A DNA stretch of 52,300 bases from Terrimicrobiaceae bacterium (GTDB taxonomy: Bacteria; Verrucomicrobiota; Verrucomicrobiia; Chthoniobacterales; Terrimicrobiaceae). The stretch spans positions 1 through 52,300 of the forward strand of contig JBGSVZ010000029.1 of the NCBI GenBank assembly GCA_041752695.1, given 5' to 3'. Position 1 is the stretch's first letter. The number at the start of each line of letters is the position of its first letter. Positions 29,357 to 38,903 of this stretch are shown here, piece by piece. Under the pieces are notes generated by a model, which did not search any database, was not told the origin of the DNA, and saw only the letters and a list, made by a program, of their open reading frames with translations. A program made the translations under genes and the position numbers.

Positions 29357-30616
29357 TCAAAACCTGACGCCCAGCGAACCGTAGACCCCAAAGGTGTTCA
29401 TCAGGTAAAGAAAATTGTCATGGTCGTAGTCCACATACATGTAGCGGTAGCCGGCCTCGGTGTAAATATTGCGGGTGATGTTGATGCCAACTCCCGCCTG
29501 GACGTTCCAGGTGATCTGGGAGCCAACGCCGAATCCCCCCACATCTCCCTGCAGCCCCAGGTAAAGCCACCGAGTCAGATTAAGCCTGGCCCGGGCACCC
29601 ACGATGGGGTCGACCCACCAGCGGTCTCCTTCGATTCCCGTCGGCAGGGCGTCCTCCAGTTCGTCGGCCAACTGGCTGGCCAGCTTCTTCTTGGCGGCGT
29701 CCGCGCGCGCCTGGAGGGCGGCGGCGAGATCACCCTTGGCGGCGGCAATTTTGGCATCAGCCTGGGCCGAAATATAGCGCGCAAAGACCGGGTTCCGCGT
29801 GCTGAGGATATCGGCCAAGCGTTTCGCCCCAAGGATTTTACGAAACTCATCCGAAGCGCCCGCCAGATTTTCCAGCCGGTCTCCCGCAAGCGCCCCCTGC
29901 GCGAGGCTGGCGAGTTCGTCGGCCGACAGGTTCTTGATCTTGCCAAGAATGTCGGTCAGCACCGTATCAACTCCTCCAGCCACCCGGTTAACGATGTCCG
30001 TGCTGAAGTCCGAGATGCCTCCGGAGTCCGTGTTCAAATTCACATTGATCCCGAGATAATTGTACCGGGCGCCCGCATAGACATCGAGGAAACCCCGGCG
30101 GTCATCGATCACCCGGTAGGCGAGGGCCAGCGAGGCAAATCCCTGCTGGAGGACCAGATCGCCCGATTTGTACAGATTTCCTTCCAGACCTGCCGATCCG
30201 GAAAGCTGCGCAAAAAATCCGTCGCCCAGCACGCCCCAGCGCCCTTTTCGCACTTCCGCCTTGCTCATGATGCCCCAGTCCAAATGCCGCAGAACCGTGC
30301 CCGCGCCGAAATCGATATCGATGGCCGGAAGACTTCCCACCCCCGTCTTTCCCTGCAGGCTGGTCAGCCAGAGATACGGCTCGACGGCAAACGCCCACCC
30401 GTTGGGATCCTTGCCGGGCACAAACTCGAACGGCGTCTTCGGACGCAGGATGGAATCGTCCACAAAATCTCCCAGCGGTTCGAACAGGGAGTGTTTCACG
30501 GCCTCATCGATCGGGGGCGGAGAAGGGTTTTTCTCCTCGGCAAAAAGCGAAGGCGCGGCTGTCAGAATCCCGGGAAGCAATACGGCGGCCCGAAGGATGC
30601 GAAGGGAGGATTTCAT
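29357..30616 (-). CDS. Outer-membrane beta-barrel protein with large helical insertion
   Basis: Signal peptide; amphipathic strands 'WAFAVEPYLW', 'WVDPIVGARAR', 'AGYRYMYVDY'; C-terminal Phe 'GSLGVRF'. Confidence 0.75.
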   Translation of the reverse strand: MKSSLRILRAAVLLPGILTAAPSLFAEEKNPSPPPIDEAVKHSLFEPLGDFVDDSILRPKTPFEFVPGKDPNGWAFAVEPYLWLTSLQGKTGVGSLPAIDIDFGAGTVLRHLDWGIMSKAEVRKGRWGVLGDGFFAQLSGSAGLEGNLYKSGDLVLQQGFASLALAYRVIDDRRGFLDVYAGARYNYLGINVNLNTDSGGISDFSTDIVNRVAGGVDTVLTDILGKIKNLSADELASLAQGALAGDRLENLAGASDEFRKILGAKRLADILSTRNPVFARYISAQADAKIAAAKGDLAAALQARADAAKKKLASQLADELEDALPTGIEGDRWWVDPIVGARARLNLTRWLYLGLQGDVGGFGVGSQITWNVQAGVGINITRNIYTEAGYRYMYVDYDHDNFLYLMNTFGVYGSLGVRF

Positions 30617-30713
30617 GGTCGGACAAGAAATCCGTCAACCTTCGCGGGATTACCCCGCCGACTTGGCGTCTGGATGGTTACGTCGTTTTTTCCACTCATG
30701 TCTTGGGACGGGT

Positions 30714-31232
30714 TCACCACCGCCGATAATAACCCACCGGAGCATAAGGAGTGCAGGCCACAGCCGCCTCCCCACCGGAGGGAGTCGAGACGTACCCGAC
30801 ATGCATCGCCGATCCATAACACCCTCCATACGAGGCTCCGGCATAATGACACGACGCCCCGTAGCCTCCGCTGCCGCTTACGCTGCCTCCACCATAATGA
30901 TAACCATAGCCCCCTCCGCCGTAGTGGTTCCAATCGGCGGAACCGCCCGACGAAGTGCTCACACTGCCGGAGCCATCGTGCCAACCGTCGCCATAATGGC
31001 CCGAGGCGGAGCTGCTGCTGGAATAGGTATTTCCATCGCGGCTCGTATACGAGGAGGAACCGGAGTGATTCCAACTTCCGTCTCCGCCACTGGTGGATCC
31101 GGAGTGGCTCCAGCTACCGCCGCCCGATCCACTAAAGGAACTGGAGTGGGAGGCCCCCCAGGCAAAAGAATCGGACGGGACCAGGGCGGCCAGACCGGCC
31201 ACCGCAGCAAACAAAATTTTCGGAACTTTCAT
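30714..31232 (-). CDS. Secreted Gly/Ser/Tyr/His-rich low-complexity protein
   Basis: Signal peptide 'MKVPKILFAAVAGLAALVPSDSFA'; repeats 'GSW(S/N)HSGS'; 7 bp downstream of the previous gene. Confidence 0.7.
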   Translation of the reverse strand: MKVPKILFAAVAGLAALVPSDSFAWGASHSSSFSGSGGGSWSHSGSTSGGDGSWNHSGSSSYTSRDGNTYSSSSSASGHYGDGWHDGSGSVSTSSGGSADWNHYGGGGYGYHYGGGSVSGSGGYGASCHYAGASYGGCYGSAMHVGYVSTPSGGEAAVACTPYAPVGYYRRW

Positions 31233-31239
31233 AAGTGAG

Positions 31240-32145
31240 TCAGTTGGATGTTGGGCGTTGAAAAACAAAGTCTGCGGGTTTCGGAAGATCCTTTTCGTTG
31301 GCGGAAAGGCCAAGCGTTTTGACCGTCACGGACCCTTTGCCGGCGGGCTGGAGCGACTGGATTTCCCGGAGCCGGGTGCCATCGCGCAGGGTGTGGGCGG
31401 ACTCGACAGTCCAGGTGCCGCCGTCCGCCTTCCAGGTGGCTTCACCAAAACTTCCATCAGCCTCGAAGCTCCACGAGCGGATGGTCTTTTTGGCGGGGTC
31501 CCAGGCAATCCATTCGGTACCGCCGCTTACCGGACCGCCTTTGACAAGCACGACCCGACGGGAGACCAGGAAGTTGCCGCCGGAGGCGGGCTGGATGGAG
31601 AGTGCCACGGTTTCACCAGCCTTGGTTTTCGCCTCCCAATCGCCGAGCAACCAACCGAGGCCGGAGAGCTCCGCCGCGCGGTCAGGCGGGAAAAACGGGG
31701 CCTCACGCACGCTGGCCAGGAGCCACTTGCCGTCTTTTTTCACGAAGGTGTTCGTAAACCGCGCCCGGCTGGGCAATGGCTCACCCGGAATCAGCACCGC
31801 ACTGGTGCCGTCTTCGATGGCCAGCTCGGGGCTGACAATGTTCAACGACTCGCTGTCGATGCGAAGCTGGACGCCTTTGTTTTCGGCAAAGAAACGGGTA
31901 AAAAGTTTCTCCAACGCCTCACGCCCGGTGGTCTTGTGGCCAAACTGGTCCACGTAGTCGGCGTCAGCAGTCCACAGGGTCGAGATCGTTTTCGCGTCCC
32001 CCTTGGCGAATGCGTCAATGTAGGTCTGGCCGATTTCGGCGATTTTTTCCGGGGCAGCGGAGTCGTCCGCTGCCTTAAGGGAAGGCAGGAGAGAGGCCGC
32101 AAAGAGGCTCGCAGCCAGGAGGGTTGGGAGTTTTATTGTCTTCAT
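31240..32145 (-). CDS. Exported NTF2-like (SgcJ/EcaC, DUF4440) protein
   Basis: Signal peptide; 'YIDAFAKGDAK...WTADADYVD...GREAL', 'FVKKDGKWLL'; second domain 'LGWLLGDW'. Confidence 0.8.
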   Translation of the reverse strand: MKTIKLPTLLAASLFAASLLPSLKAADDSAAPEKIAEIGQTYIDAFAKGDAKTISTLWTADADYVDQFGHKTTGREALEKLFTRFFAENKGVQLRIDSESLNIVSPELAIEDGTSAVLIPGEPLPSRARFTNTFVKKDGKWLLASVREAPFFPPDRAAELSGLGWLLGDWEAKTKAGETVALSIQPASGGNFLVSRRVVLVKGGPVSGGTEWIAWDPAKKTIRSWSFEADGSFGEATWKADGGTWTVESAHTLRDGTRLREIQSLQPAGKGSVTVKTLGLSANEKDLPKPADFVFQRPTSN

Positions 32146-32178
32146 TGGTTGGTGTTCAGGTAAAGAGAGCGCGGAATC

Positions 32179-33657
32179 TTAGGAGGATTTCACCAAGCCG
32201 GGCGGCTTCCAGGTGCCCTCACCGGGCGGCAAAATGGACGGAGTTTCCGTTCGCGGCCAATAGAGGCGCATCACCAGATAGATCGGCCCGTTGGGTGCGG
32301 GCAGCCAGTTGGACTCTTTGTCGGGGCCCGGGCTGTTTTTCTGAATGTAGAGAGTTAGCGAGCCGTCCTCGTTTTTTTTCATGTCAGCCAGCATGGGCGA
32401 GTTAAGAAGATAGCGGTTGATCGGGTTCTTGATCAGGAGCTGACTCTTGCCGTCATACATCGTCACGGACCAGAAGGCGTTCACCGGCGGGAGTTGCCCG
32501 GCGGGAAAGGTGATCGTGTAGTTGTTCTTGCTGCCGTCGAGCTTCTCGCCGGTCGCGTCCACCCGGGTATACGGATACATGGCTTCGACGGCATCATTTC
32601 CGTAAAGCCCGCCCTTGGCTGCGCCGGCCCGCATCAGCCAATCGCCCTTGTAAAAAGCCGCATCGCCAAAGAATGCACCCACACTCCAGCCGTTGATGTT
32701 CTTCATGCCGCCGCTCAAAAACTTGTCCACCTTTTCGTCACCCTCCTTCATCGCGAGGAGGACAGCGGCCTTGTGTTCGGGCGAGAGCTCCTTGAAATCA
32801 AAAGTCCTGCCCGGCCCGATACCGATGGTCGCCAGCTTCGCGCGGATCTCCTTGTCCTCCGGCGTGACGGGCACGAACTGAAGCGCGGCGTCCAGATAAT
32901 CGTAGAAGTTCGTCTTGATGCCCGCCGTGGTCGCCGGGAGGAAGTCGATCTTAGGCGCGGCGGGCGGCGCAGGTTGCTTGAGGAAGGCGGAAAGGGGTTG
33001 CACCTTATAGCCCGCTTGGACTTTCTCCACGCCCGGCATGTCTTCGGCATTGAAGAGTTGCGTGCGGAAAAGGGTGAGCGCAAAAGGTGTGGTCGAGAAG
33101 AAGACTTGCTTGATCCCCTCGGGCTTCTCGCCTTTCCAGCCAGGGCCGACAACAAGATAGTCTCCGGCCTCGAAGCCGGTGGCGCGGCTGCCAACGTAGC
33201 CATAGTTGTAGGTGTTGCCGTCGATGAGTTGCACGGAGAAGTAGCGTTCTTGCTCCACCGCCGGGACCGAGATCACCATCGGTTCCGCGCGCAGATCGAG
33301 CCAGAGGAACGAATAAGGAGTGTCGCTGTTCGGGGTGATGACCGCTGTGTCCGCGGGAGTTGCGACATGATGATCATTCTTGATCTCGTTGAAACCCGCT
33401 TTGAACTGTCCGGAGTTCCTGTCCACGGCGAATTCCTGCATCACCGCGTAATTCATCACCAGCGGCAGGCCGTAGATAAAACCTTCCTCGGCGATGGCTT
33501 TTGTTTCGGCGATGCCAGGCACCGTGAGGCCGGATTTTTTGTCGGACTCAGCCGCCTGCGTGATGGGGTCATCTTTCTTTTCGCATCCGCTGAAGGCAAA
33601 CGTGACGAGCGCGGCCGCCGAGAGTACGGGAACGAGGGAGCGTGGCAGGGAGTGCAT
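32179..33657 (-). CDS. DUF1254/DUF1214 domain lipoprotein
   Basis: Lipobox 'AFSGC'; 'ITPNSDTPYS..WLDLRAEP', 'PPVNAFWSVTMYD', 'NWLPAP...MRLYWP'. Confidence 0.9.
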   Translation of the reverse strand: MHSLPRSLVPVLSAAALVTFAFSGCEKKDDPITQAAESDKKSGLTVPGIAETKAIAEEGFIYGLPLVMNYAVMQEFAVDRNSGQFKAGFNEIKNDHHVATPADTAVITPNSDTPYSFLWLDLRAEPMVISVPAVEQERYFSVQLIDGNTYNYGYVGSRATGFEAGDYLVVGPGWKGEKPEGIKQVFFSTTPFALTLFRTQLFNAEDMPGVEKVQAGYKVQPLSAFLKQPAPPAAPKIDFLPATTAGIKTNFYDYLDAALQFVPVTPEDKEIRAKLATIGIGPGRTFDFKELSPEHKAAVLLAMKEGDEKVDKFLSGGMKNINGWSVGAFFGDAAFYKGDWLMRAGAAKGGLYGNDAVEAMYPYTRVDATGEKLDGSKNNYTITFPAGQLPPVNAFWSVTMYDGKSQLLIKNPINRYLLNSPMLADMKKNEDGSLTLYIQKNSPGPDKESNWLPAPNGPIYLVMRLYWPRTETPSILPPGEGTWKPPGLVKSS

Positions 33658-33979
33658 GGATTTACTTTTTTCGGATGGAAAAAGCTATGCCGCATGTCAG
33701 ACTAAGTCTCAAGAAGCTTATGCCTTAGTCCGTTGCCTCGGCTACGGCACCGGTCGTCTGGTCTGCGCGGATTTTGACCGTTTTCTTGTCGCTGGGTTAC
33801 GTGCATCTTTCGTAATAATCAGTTGATCGGGATTTTGCGCCGCAAAGATCCACGGAATCCCTCGACTCGACGCTCAGGTGATGCCCCGGTAGCAGGAAAC
33901 GGTGACGCATCGCCAGCATTCCGGCTCGAAAACAGCAGCAAATACGAGACAGACGAGAATGCCGGAACTCATGGAGAGT

Positions 33980-36508
33980 CTATTCAGTGACTCTGGCAAT
34001 GGCGTCCGCAGCGGTCTTTTGCTGGGAAGCCGTCATTTGGTCCTCCCCGATTTTGACGGTGAGTTTGTCGATGGATCCCGTGAAAGTGAACGGAAGATCA
34101 TAGCTGCGGTCCACACCGCTGCGCAGGTCGCTGCCGATGTCGAACGTCTCGTCGATGGTCATGATGATCGGGATGCTGTGCGGGATGGTTTTTTTGGCAA
34201 ATTCCTTACGGTCGATCGTCATCACGCCCGTGCCTCCCTTGCCGGGCCCGGGGCCGTTGTATTTGAAATCAAAGATGATGGTGTGTTTGCCTGGCTTGAG
34301 GGCGCTGCCGAGCCAGTCTTCCGCACCGACGCCGCCTTCCCAACGGAAGCGTTCGAGGTCGAGCATGTTGTAGCAGAAGACGGGTTTTCCTTTGAGGAGG
34401 TAGAGGCCGAGGCCGCCAAAGCGTCCACCGAGCGTGCAGATCATACCCTCGGCCCCTCCCTCGGGGACGGTGATCTCGGCCGTGATCGTATAGTCACGGT
34501 TCATGAAGTTCGGGGCATTGCCGACGGGGATGTTGGCGTTTGGTCCGGAGTAAGTGAATTCGGTCCGTCCGGCGGCGGCGCTGGGTCGCGGCGTCGTGAG
34601 GCGCGGAAGGATCGAGTTATCCAAGGGAAACACTTCGTATTTCGCCGCTTCGGCCAGGAACACGTCTTTAAGTTCCTTGAGTTTTGCGGGGTTCTTGGCG
34701 GCGAGGTCAATCGCTTGAGAGAAGTCCTCGGCAATATTGTAGAGCTCCCACTTATATTCGTTGACCGGCGGGAGGGGCTTGGCACCAAGGAGCCAGACGG
34801 GCTCGGGTGGGGTGGTGCAGGCATACCATCCGTCGTGGTAAATCCCGCGGTTGCAGAACATTTCGAAATACTGCGTGTCCCGTTTTGAGGCGGCGGTGGC
34901 ATTGGCCTTGTCGAACGTGTAAGCCATGCTCACGCCTTCGATGGGTTTTTGCTTGATCCCGTTGACCATCTCAGGGGCGGCAATGCCGGTGACATCGAGA
35001 ATGGTCGGGACGATGTCGATCAGGTGATGGAATTGCGAGCGGATGCCGCCCGCGTCTTTGATATGGCCGGGCCAGGAGATGACCATGCCCTGGCGGGTGC
35101 CGCCGAAGTGAGAGGCGATCTGTTTTGTCCACTTGAACGGGGAATCGAAGGCCCACGCCCAGCAGACGGACATGTGGGGGTAGGTTTTATCCGAGCCCCA
35201 GTCTTCGTAATGCATCATCTGGAGGGCCTCGGGCAGGGTGAGGATGCCGTTGTAGGCGGTCATGTTATTGAACGAGCCTTCCAGCGTGCCCTCCGCGCTC
35301 GTGCCGTTGTCGCCAGAAATGTAGATTATGATCGTATTGTCGAGCTTGCCCATGTCTTCGACCGCCTGGATGACGCGACCGATTTCATCGTCCGAGTAGG
35401 CGACGTAGCCGGCAAAGTTTTCCGCCTGGCGGGCATAGAGTTTTTTCTGAACCAACGAAAGGGAGTCCCAGCGCGGAAGCTTCGCGCCACTGTATTCCTC
35501 TTGGCCGTCGGGCCATGGGGTCAGTTGGGTGTCGGCCGGGATGACGCCAAGTTCCTTCTGATTTTTGAAAATCTGCTCCCGCATCTTTTCCCAGCCCATG
35601 TCGAACTTGCCCTTAAACTTCTCGCGCCACTTGGCTTTCGGATGATGCGGCGAGTGCGTGCCGCCAGGAACGTAATAAACAAAGAACGGCTGTTCAGGCG
35701 AGGAGGCGTTGAGCGAGCGGATGTAACTGATCGCATCGTCCGCCATGTCGGTCGTGAGATTGTAATCCTTCTTTCCGATCCATGGGTAAACCGGGGTCGT
35801 GTTCCGGTAGAGATATGGGGTCCACTGGTCGGTCTCACCGCCGAGGAATCCGTAGAAATACTGGAAGCCCATGCCCACCGGCCATTGATCGAACGGACCC
35901 GACGGATTGTAAACATAGGACGGCGTGTTGTGATTCTTGCCGAACCACGAGGTCGCGTAGCCGTTATCCTGAAGAATCTTGCCGATGGTGGCATTGTCCT
36001 GACCGATGACCGAGTTGTAGCCAGGGAAACCGGTGGACATTTCGCTAATGACTCCAAAGCCGACGGCGTGATGATTGCGTCCCGTGATCAGCGCAGCGCG
36101 CGAGGGGGAACAGAGCGCGGTGGAGTGGAATTGCGTGTAGCGCAGTCCGGACTTTGCGAGGCGATCCAGTGTTGGCGTGGGAATCACCCCGCCGAAGGTG
36201 CTGGTGACACCATAGCCCTGGTCGTCCGTCATGATGAGAAGGACATTGGGCGCGCCTTTCGGGGGAACTACGCGAGGCGGCCAGAACGACTTGGAGTCCA
36301 CCGCGCTTTCTTTGATCACGCCGCCGAAGGGAGCCGCGGGCGGCGGGAGTTGATTTCCCGAGATCGTTGTGGTCGCACTTGGGGAACCAGGTGTGCCGGT
36401 GGTCTGGATCGGCGTGCCGGGAGTTTGCTGGGCCGGCGCGGAACACACGGCGGCCATGCCGACGGCCATGAGCGCACCGACAGGGAGGAAGCTTTTCTTG
36501 GTTGTCAT
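33980..36508 (-). CDS. Arylsulfatase, Cys-type (CxPxR), with C-terminal extension
   Basis: 'PNVLLIMTDDQG', 'CSPSRAALITGR', 'FGKNH', 'SGDNG'; signal peptide. Confidence 0.93.
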   Translation of the reverse strand: MTTKKSFLPVGALMAVGMAAVCSAPAQQTPGTPIQTTGTPGSPSATTTISGNQLPPPAAPFGGVIKESAVDSKSFWPPRVVPPKGAPNVLLIMTDDQGYGVTSTFGGVIPTPTLDRLAKSGLRYTQFHSTALCSPSRAALITGRNHHAVGFGVISEMSTGFPGYNSVIGQDNATIGKILQDNGYATSWFGKNHNTPSYVYNPSGPFDQWPVGMGFQYFYGFLGGETDQWTPYLYRNTTPVYPWIGKKDYNLTTDMADDAISYIRSLNASSPEQPFFVYYVPGGTHSPHHPKAKWREKFKGKFDMGWEKMREQIFKNQKELGVIPADTQLTPWPDGQEEYSGAKLPRWDSLSLVQKKLYARQAENFAGYVAYSDDEIGRVIQAVEDMGKLDNTIIIYISGDNGTSAEGTLEGSFNNMTAYNGILTLPEALQMMHYEDWGSDKTYPHMSVCWAWAFDSPFKWTKQIASHFGGTRQGMVISWPGHIKDAGGIRSQFHHLIDIVPTILDVTGIAAPEMVNGIKQKPIEGVSMAYTFDKANATAASKRDTQYFEMFCNRGIYHDGWYACTTPPEPVWLLGAKPLPPVNEYKWELYNIAEDFSQAIDLAAKNPAKLKELKDVFLAEAAKYEVFPLDNSILPRLTTPRPSAAAGRTEFTYSGPNANIPVGNAPNFMNRDYTITAEITVPEGGAEGMICTLGGRFGGLGLYLLKGKPVFCYNMLDLERFRWEGGVGAEDWLGSALKPGKHTIIFDFKYNGPGPGKGGTGVMTIDRKEFAKKTIPHSIPIIMTIDETFDIGSDLRSGVDRSYDLPFTFTGSIDKLTVKIGEDQMTASQQKTAADAIARVTE

Positions 36509-36613
36509 GAGTTGGTTTCTGCGGATGGAAATCGAACTAAAAGCTGGAGAAGATAGAAAAGGGGGAATTTCGTGCCAAGACCACTGTCTCAAAATGTATA
36601 GCCAAAAAGCGCA

Positions 36614-37627
36614 GTGACGCCCCTTGTCAGGGGCGAATCTTTTGGTTATCTAGAGCGGGTGTCGGGCGGGCTTCCACCAATTATCCGGTTGCAGGTAAGG
36701 GATTCTGAAATGCTCTCGCAAGCCATTCGCGGCGCCGATCTCAAGCCCTGCCAGTTCAGTGCCCGCCCTTCGCCGAGCCGTCTCGCCCGGATGGTTGGCC
36801 CGCAGGCCTGCCTGGACTTTGCGACCATTGGACCGGCCGTATTCTTCAGCGGGGCTATGCCATCGGATTGCTTTACCCTCGTCTATGCCCGATCCTGTCC
36901 GACCGTTGGGCGCAACCTGACCTTTGGGATCGAACACACGGAGGGCTATATGGGTTTTTTCCCGCCCGGGGGACTTCTCGATGCCGTCACTCCGGCGGGC
37001 TATGGCAATGCCGCCCTCACCATTCCCTCAGCCAGTTTCCACGCTGCCCTCACTACCGCGTTCCCCGATATTCCCGAGAACATCCTCGCGCGCGGTGCCG
37101 GCATGCGCGTCGGTCCCGTCGAGCACCCCTATCTGGCCAACCTCCTGGACCAGTGCGAAACCATGCTGTGGTACTCGGACGAAGTCGCCCAGCCCCTGGT
37201 TCGCCAAAACCTCGAGCGGGATCTGCTTGAGGCCTTCCTGGCCGCCCTGCGCAGCGGTTGCAACAATATCGTGCCGGCAGTGTTGCCCCGCCTTGCCGCG
37301 CGTCACCGTCGGCTACGGCAGGCACGGGATTTTCTGAAAGCACACATCAACGAACCCATTTATCTCGACGACGTCTGCGTCGCACTTGGACTCAGCCACC
37401 GGGGGTTGGAAAATCTCTTCCAGGACTTACTCGGTATTAATCCAATTACTTACCTCAACCACAAACGCCTGCATGGTGCCCGTCGTTCTCTGCTGCACGC
37501 CCGTCCCGGCCCCGGAGTGGTGAAGCGCGTCGCTTACGAGTGGGGCTTCGTTCATCTCGGTCGCTTCGCTCGCGACTATCTCGCACTCTTCGGCGAAGGG
37601 CCCAGCGCGACTCTCACCCGCCGCTAA
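36614..37627 (+). CDS. AraC-family transcriptional regulator (EutR-like HTH)
   Basis: C-terminal 'VKRVAYEWGFVHLGRFARDYLALFGEGPSATL'; divergent from the sulfatase. Confidence 0.9.
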   Translation: MTPLVRGESFGYLERVSGGLPPIIRLQVRDSEMLSQAIRGADLKPCQFSARPSPSRLARMVGPQACLDFATIGPAVFFSGAMPSDCFTLVYARSCPTVGRNLTFGIEHTEGYMGFFPPGGLLDAVTPAGYGNAALTIPSASFHAALTTAFPDIPENILARGAGMRVGPVEHPYLANLLDQCETMLWYSDEVAQPLVRQNLERDLLEAFLAALRSGCNNIVPAVLPRLAARHRRLRQARDFLKAHINEPIYLDDVCVALGLSHRGLENLFQDLLGINPITYLNHKRLHGARRSLLHARPGPGVVKRVAYEWGFVHLGRFARDYLALFGEGPSATLTRR

Positions 37628-37670
37628 GTCTTATTGCAGGGGACTCTGGGGGAGCAACATTTTCGCGCAA

Positions 37671-37721
37671 TCAGGGCGCTTTCACGCAGCGAAAACCGAG
37701 GTGGTTCGTGCCCGTGTCCGG
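37671..37721 (-). pseudogene. 3'-terminal remnant of a second FGE gene
   Basis: Reads PDTGTNHLGFRCVKAP*, versus NTATNHLGFRCVKVP* at the end of the intact FGE gene. Confidence 0.75.
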
Positions 37722-37833
37722 ATTCCTCCAGGGATTTCGCCAGGGTGGCGAGGTATTCGGCGATCTGCTTGGTGACGGAGGCCCTGTGTTTGGCGGGATC
37801 GAGCGAGAGCCGGTCGAGCCAGATGAGGCGGAT
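37714..37833 (-). pseudogene. Internal fragment resembling an MmeI-like (type IIL) restriction-modification enzyme
   Basis: 'RLIWLDRLSLDPAKHRASVTKQIAEYLATLAKSLEESGH' recalls the 'W.DP.SLDP....VT..IA..LA.LAKSLE..GH' segment of MmeI-like proteins; recognised from memory, not searched. Confidence 0.6.
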
Positions 37834-37887
37834 GCCGGGCGGTTCGGGCAAAGAAAGACATCCGGCCGCTATGGCGATGGCCCGTGC

Positions 37888-38880
37888 TTACTTTTCGACG
37901 GCAAAGACCTGCTTCCAATCATCTTTCATGCTGATGACCGTCCACTTCTTTTCCCCAGCCTCAGCCATCAATGCGTCGCTGAACGTGCCGATCTTTGACT
38001 CCGACCCGTAGGCGAATTCCCGCACGGCATCGTCGTGATGGACAAGCATCATCAAACGTGCGCCGTCTCCGGCCTGGGTCCATTCCAGCATTTCCTTGTC
38101 CCCGTCGGAGTTGCCAAACGCCGCAATGGGACGCCGTCCGATGTGCTCTTGGATGCCGATGGGTTTGCCGTCCTGGTCGTCGATGAAAGCAATGGCGGGG
38201 AGTTTCACCAAAACCGGTTTTCCATCGCGGATTTCAAATTTCAGTTTGCCACTGCTGCCGACGACCTGCTCGGGTGGAATGCCATAAATTTTCTCCGTCC
38301 ACGGACGCATGAACTCGATGCCTCCGCCGGAAACGATGAAGGTCTTGAAACCGTTCGCCCGCAGATAGGCGAGCAGCTCCAACATTGGCTGATAAACCAT
38401 CTCGGTGAAAAGGCGTCCTGTTTTGGGATTCTTGGTCGTCGCGATCCAGTCCTTCACGATCCGGTCGAATTCGGCGGTCGTCATGCCTGCGTGCGTGGCC
38501 ATGACGATCTCGAGAATGGCATGAATACCCCCGGCGAGGACGGCTTCGGTGTCGCCCTTGAGAAGCGAGGCAAATGGCTCTTGGTCTTTCCATTCCGGAT
38601 GCTGCGGCGCCAGGACCTTCACGCGGTCCAGCGCGAACTGAAGCTGGACGTAAAGCGGCTGCTCGCACCAGAGCGTGCCGTCGTTGTCAAAGGTGGCGAT
38701 GCGTTCCGGCACGGGGACAAAATCCGGCGAACCTTCCTTGGTCACCTTCTCGACGAATGCCGTAATCGCCTGTTTGGGCGCGGTGTCGTTCCACGAAGGA
38801 AGCGGATCTTGGGCGTACGTGGCGGTGAGGCTGGCGGAAGCAATCGCGAGCAGGGCGATGGTGGGGCTAGGGAGTTTCAC
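37888..38880 (-). CDS. Exported HAD-family hydrolase (acid-phosphatase-like)
   Basis: Signal peptide; 'FDNDGTLW' (DxDxT), 'IVSGGG', 'AFGNSDGD'. Confidence 0.9.
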   Translation of the reverse strand: MKLPSPTIALLAIASASLTATYAQDPLPSWNDTAPKQAITAFVEKVTKEGSPDFVPVPERIATFDNDGTLWCEQPLYVQLQFALDRVKVLAPQHPEWKDQEPFASLLKGDTEAVLAGGIHAILEIVMATHAGMTTAEFDRIVKDWIATTKNPKTGRLFTEMVYQPMLELLAYLRANGFKTFIVSGGGIEFMRPWTEKIYGIPPEQVVGSSGKLKFEIRDGKPVLVKLPAIAFIDDQDGKPIGIQEHIGRRPIAAFGNSDGDKEMLEWTQAGDGARLMMLVHHDDAVREFAYGSESKIGTFSDALMAEAGEKKWTVISMKDDWKQVFAVEK

Positions 38881-38903
38881 GGTTTCGGATGCAGGGGTCG
38901 TTT

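Noticed and set aside
33658..33979. 320-bp intergenic gap within the island
   Set aside because: No convincing ORF, repeat or RNA structure seen
36561..36580. Sigma54 -24 element TGGCACG upstream of the large sulfatase (minus strand)
   Set aside because: No -12 TTGC at the required distance (reads TCCC)
37671..37721. Possible DGR template repeat for the FGE gene 3' end (28216-28263)
   Set aside because: Differences are mostly synonymous third-position changes rather than adenine-specific, the match is only ~48 bp, and there is no reverse transcriptase in the window
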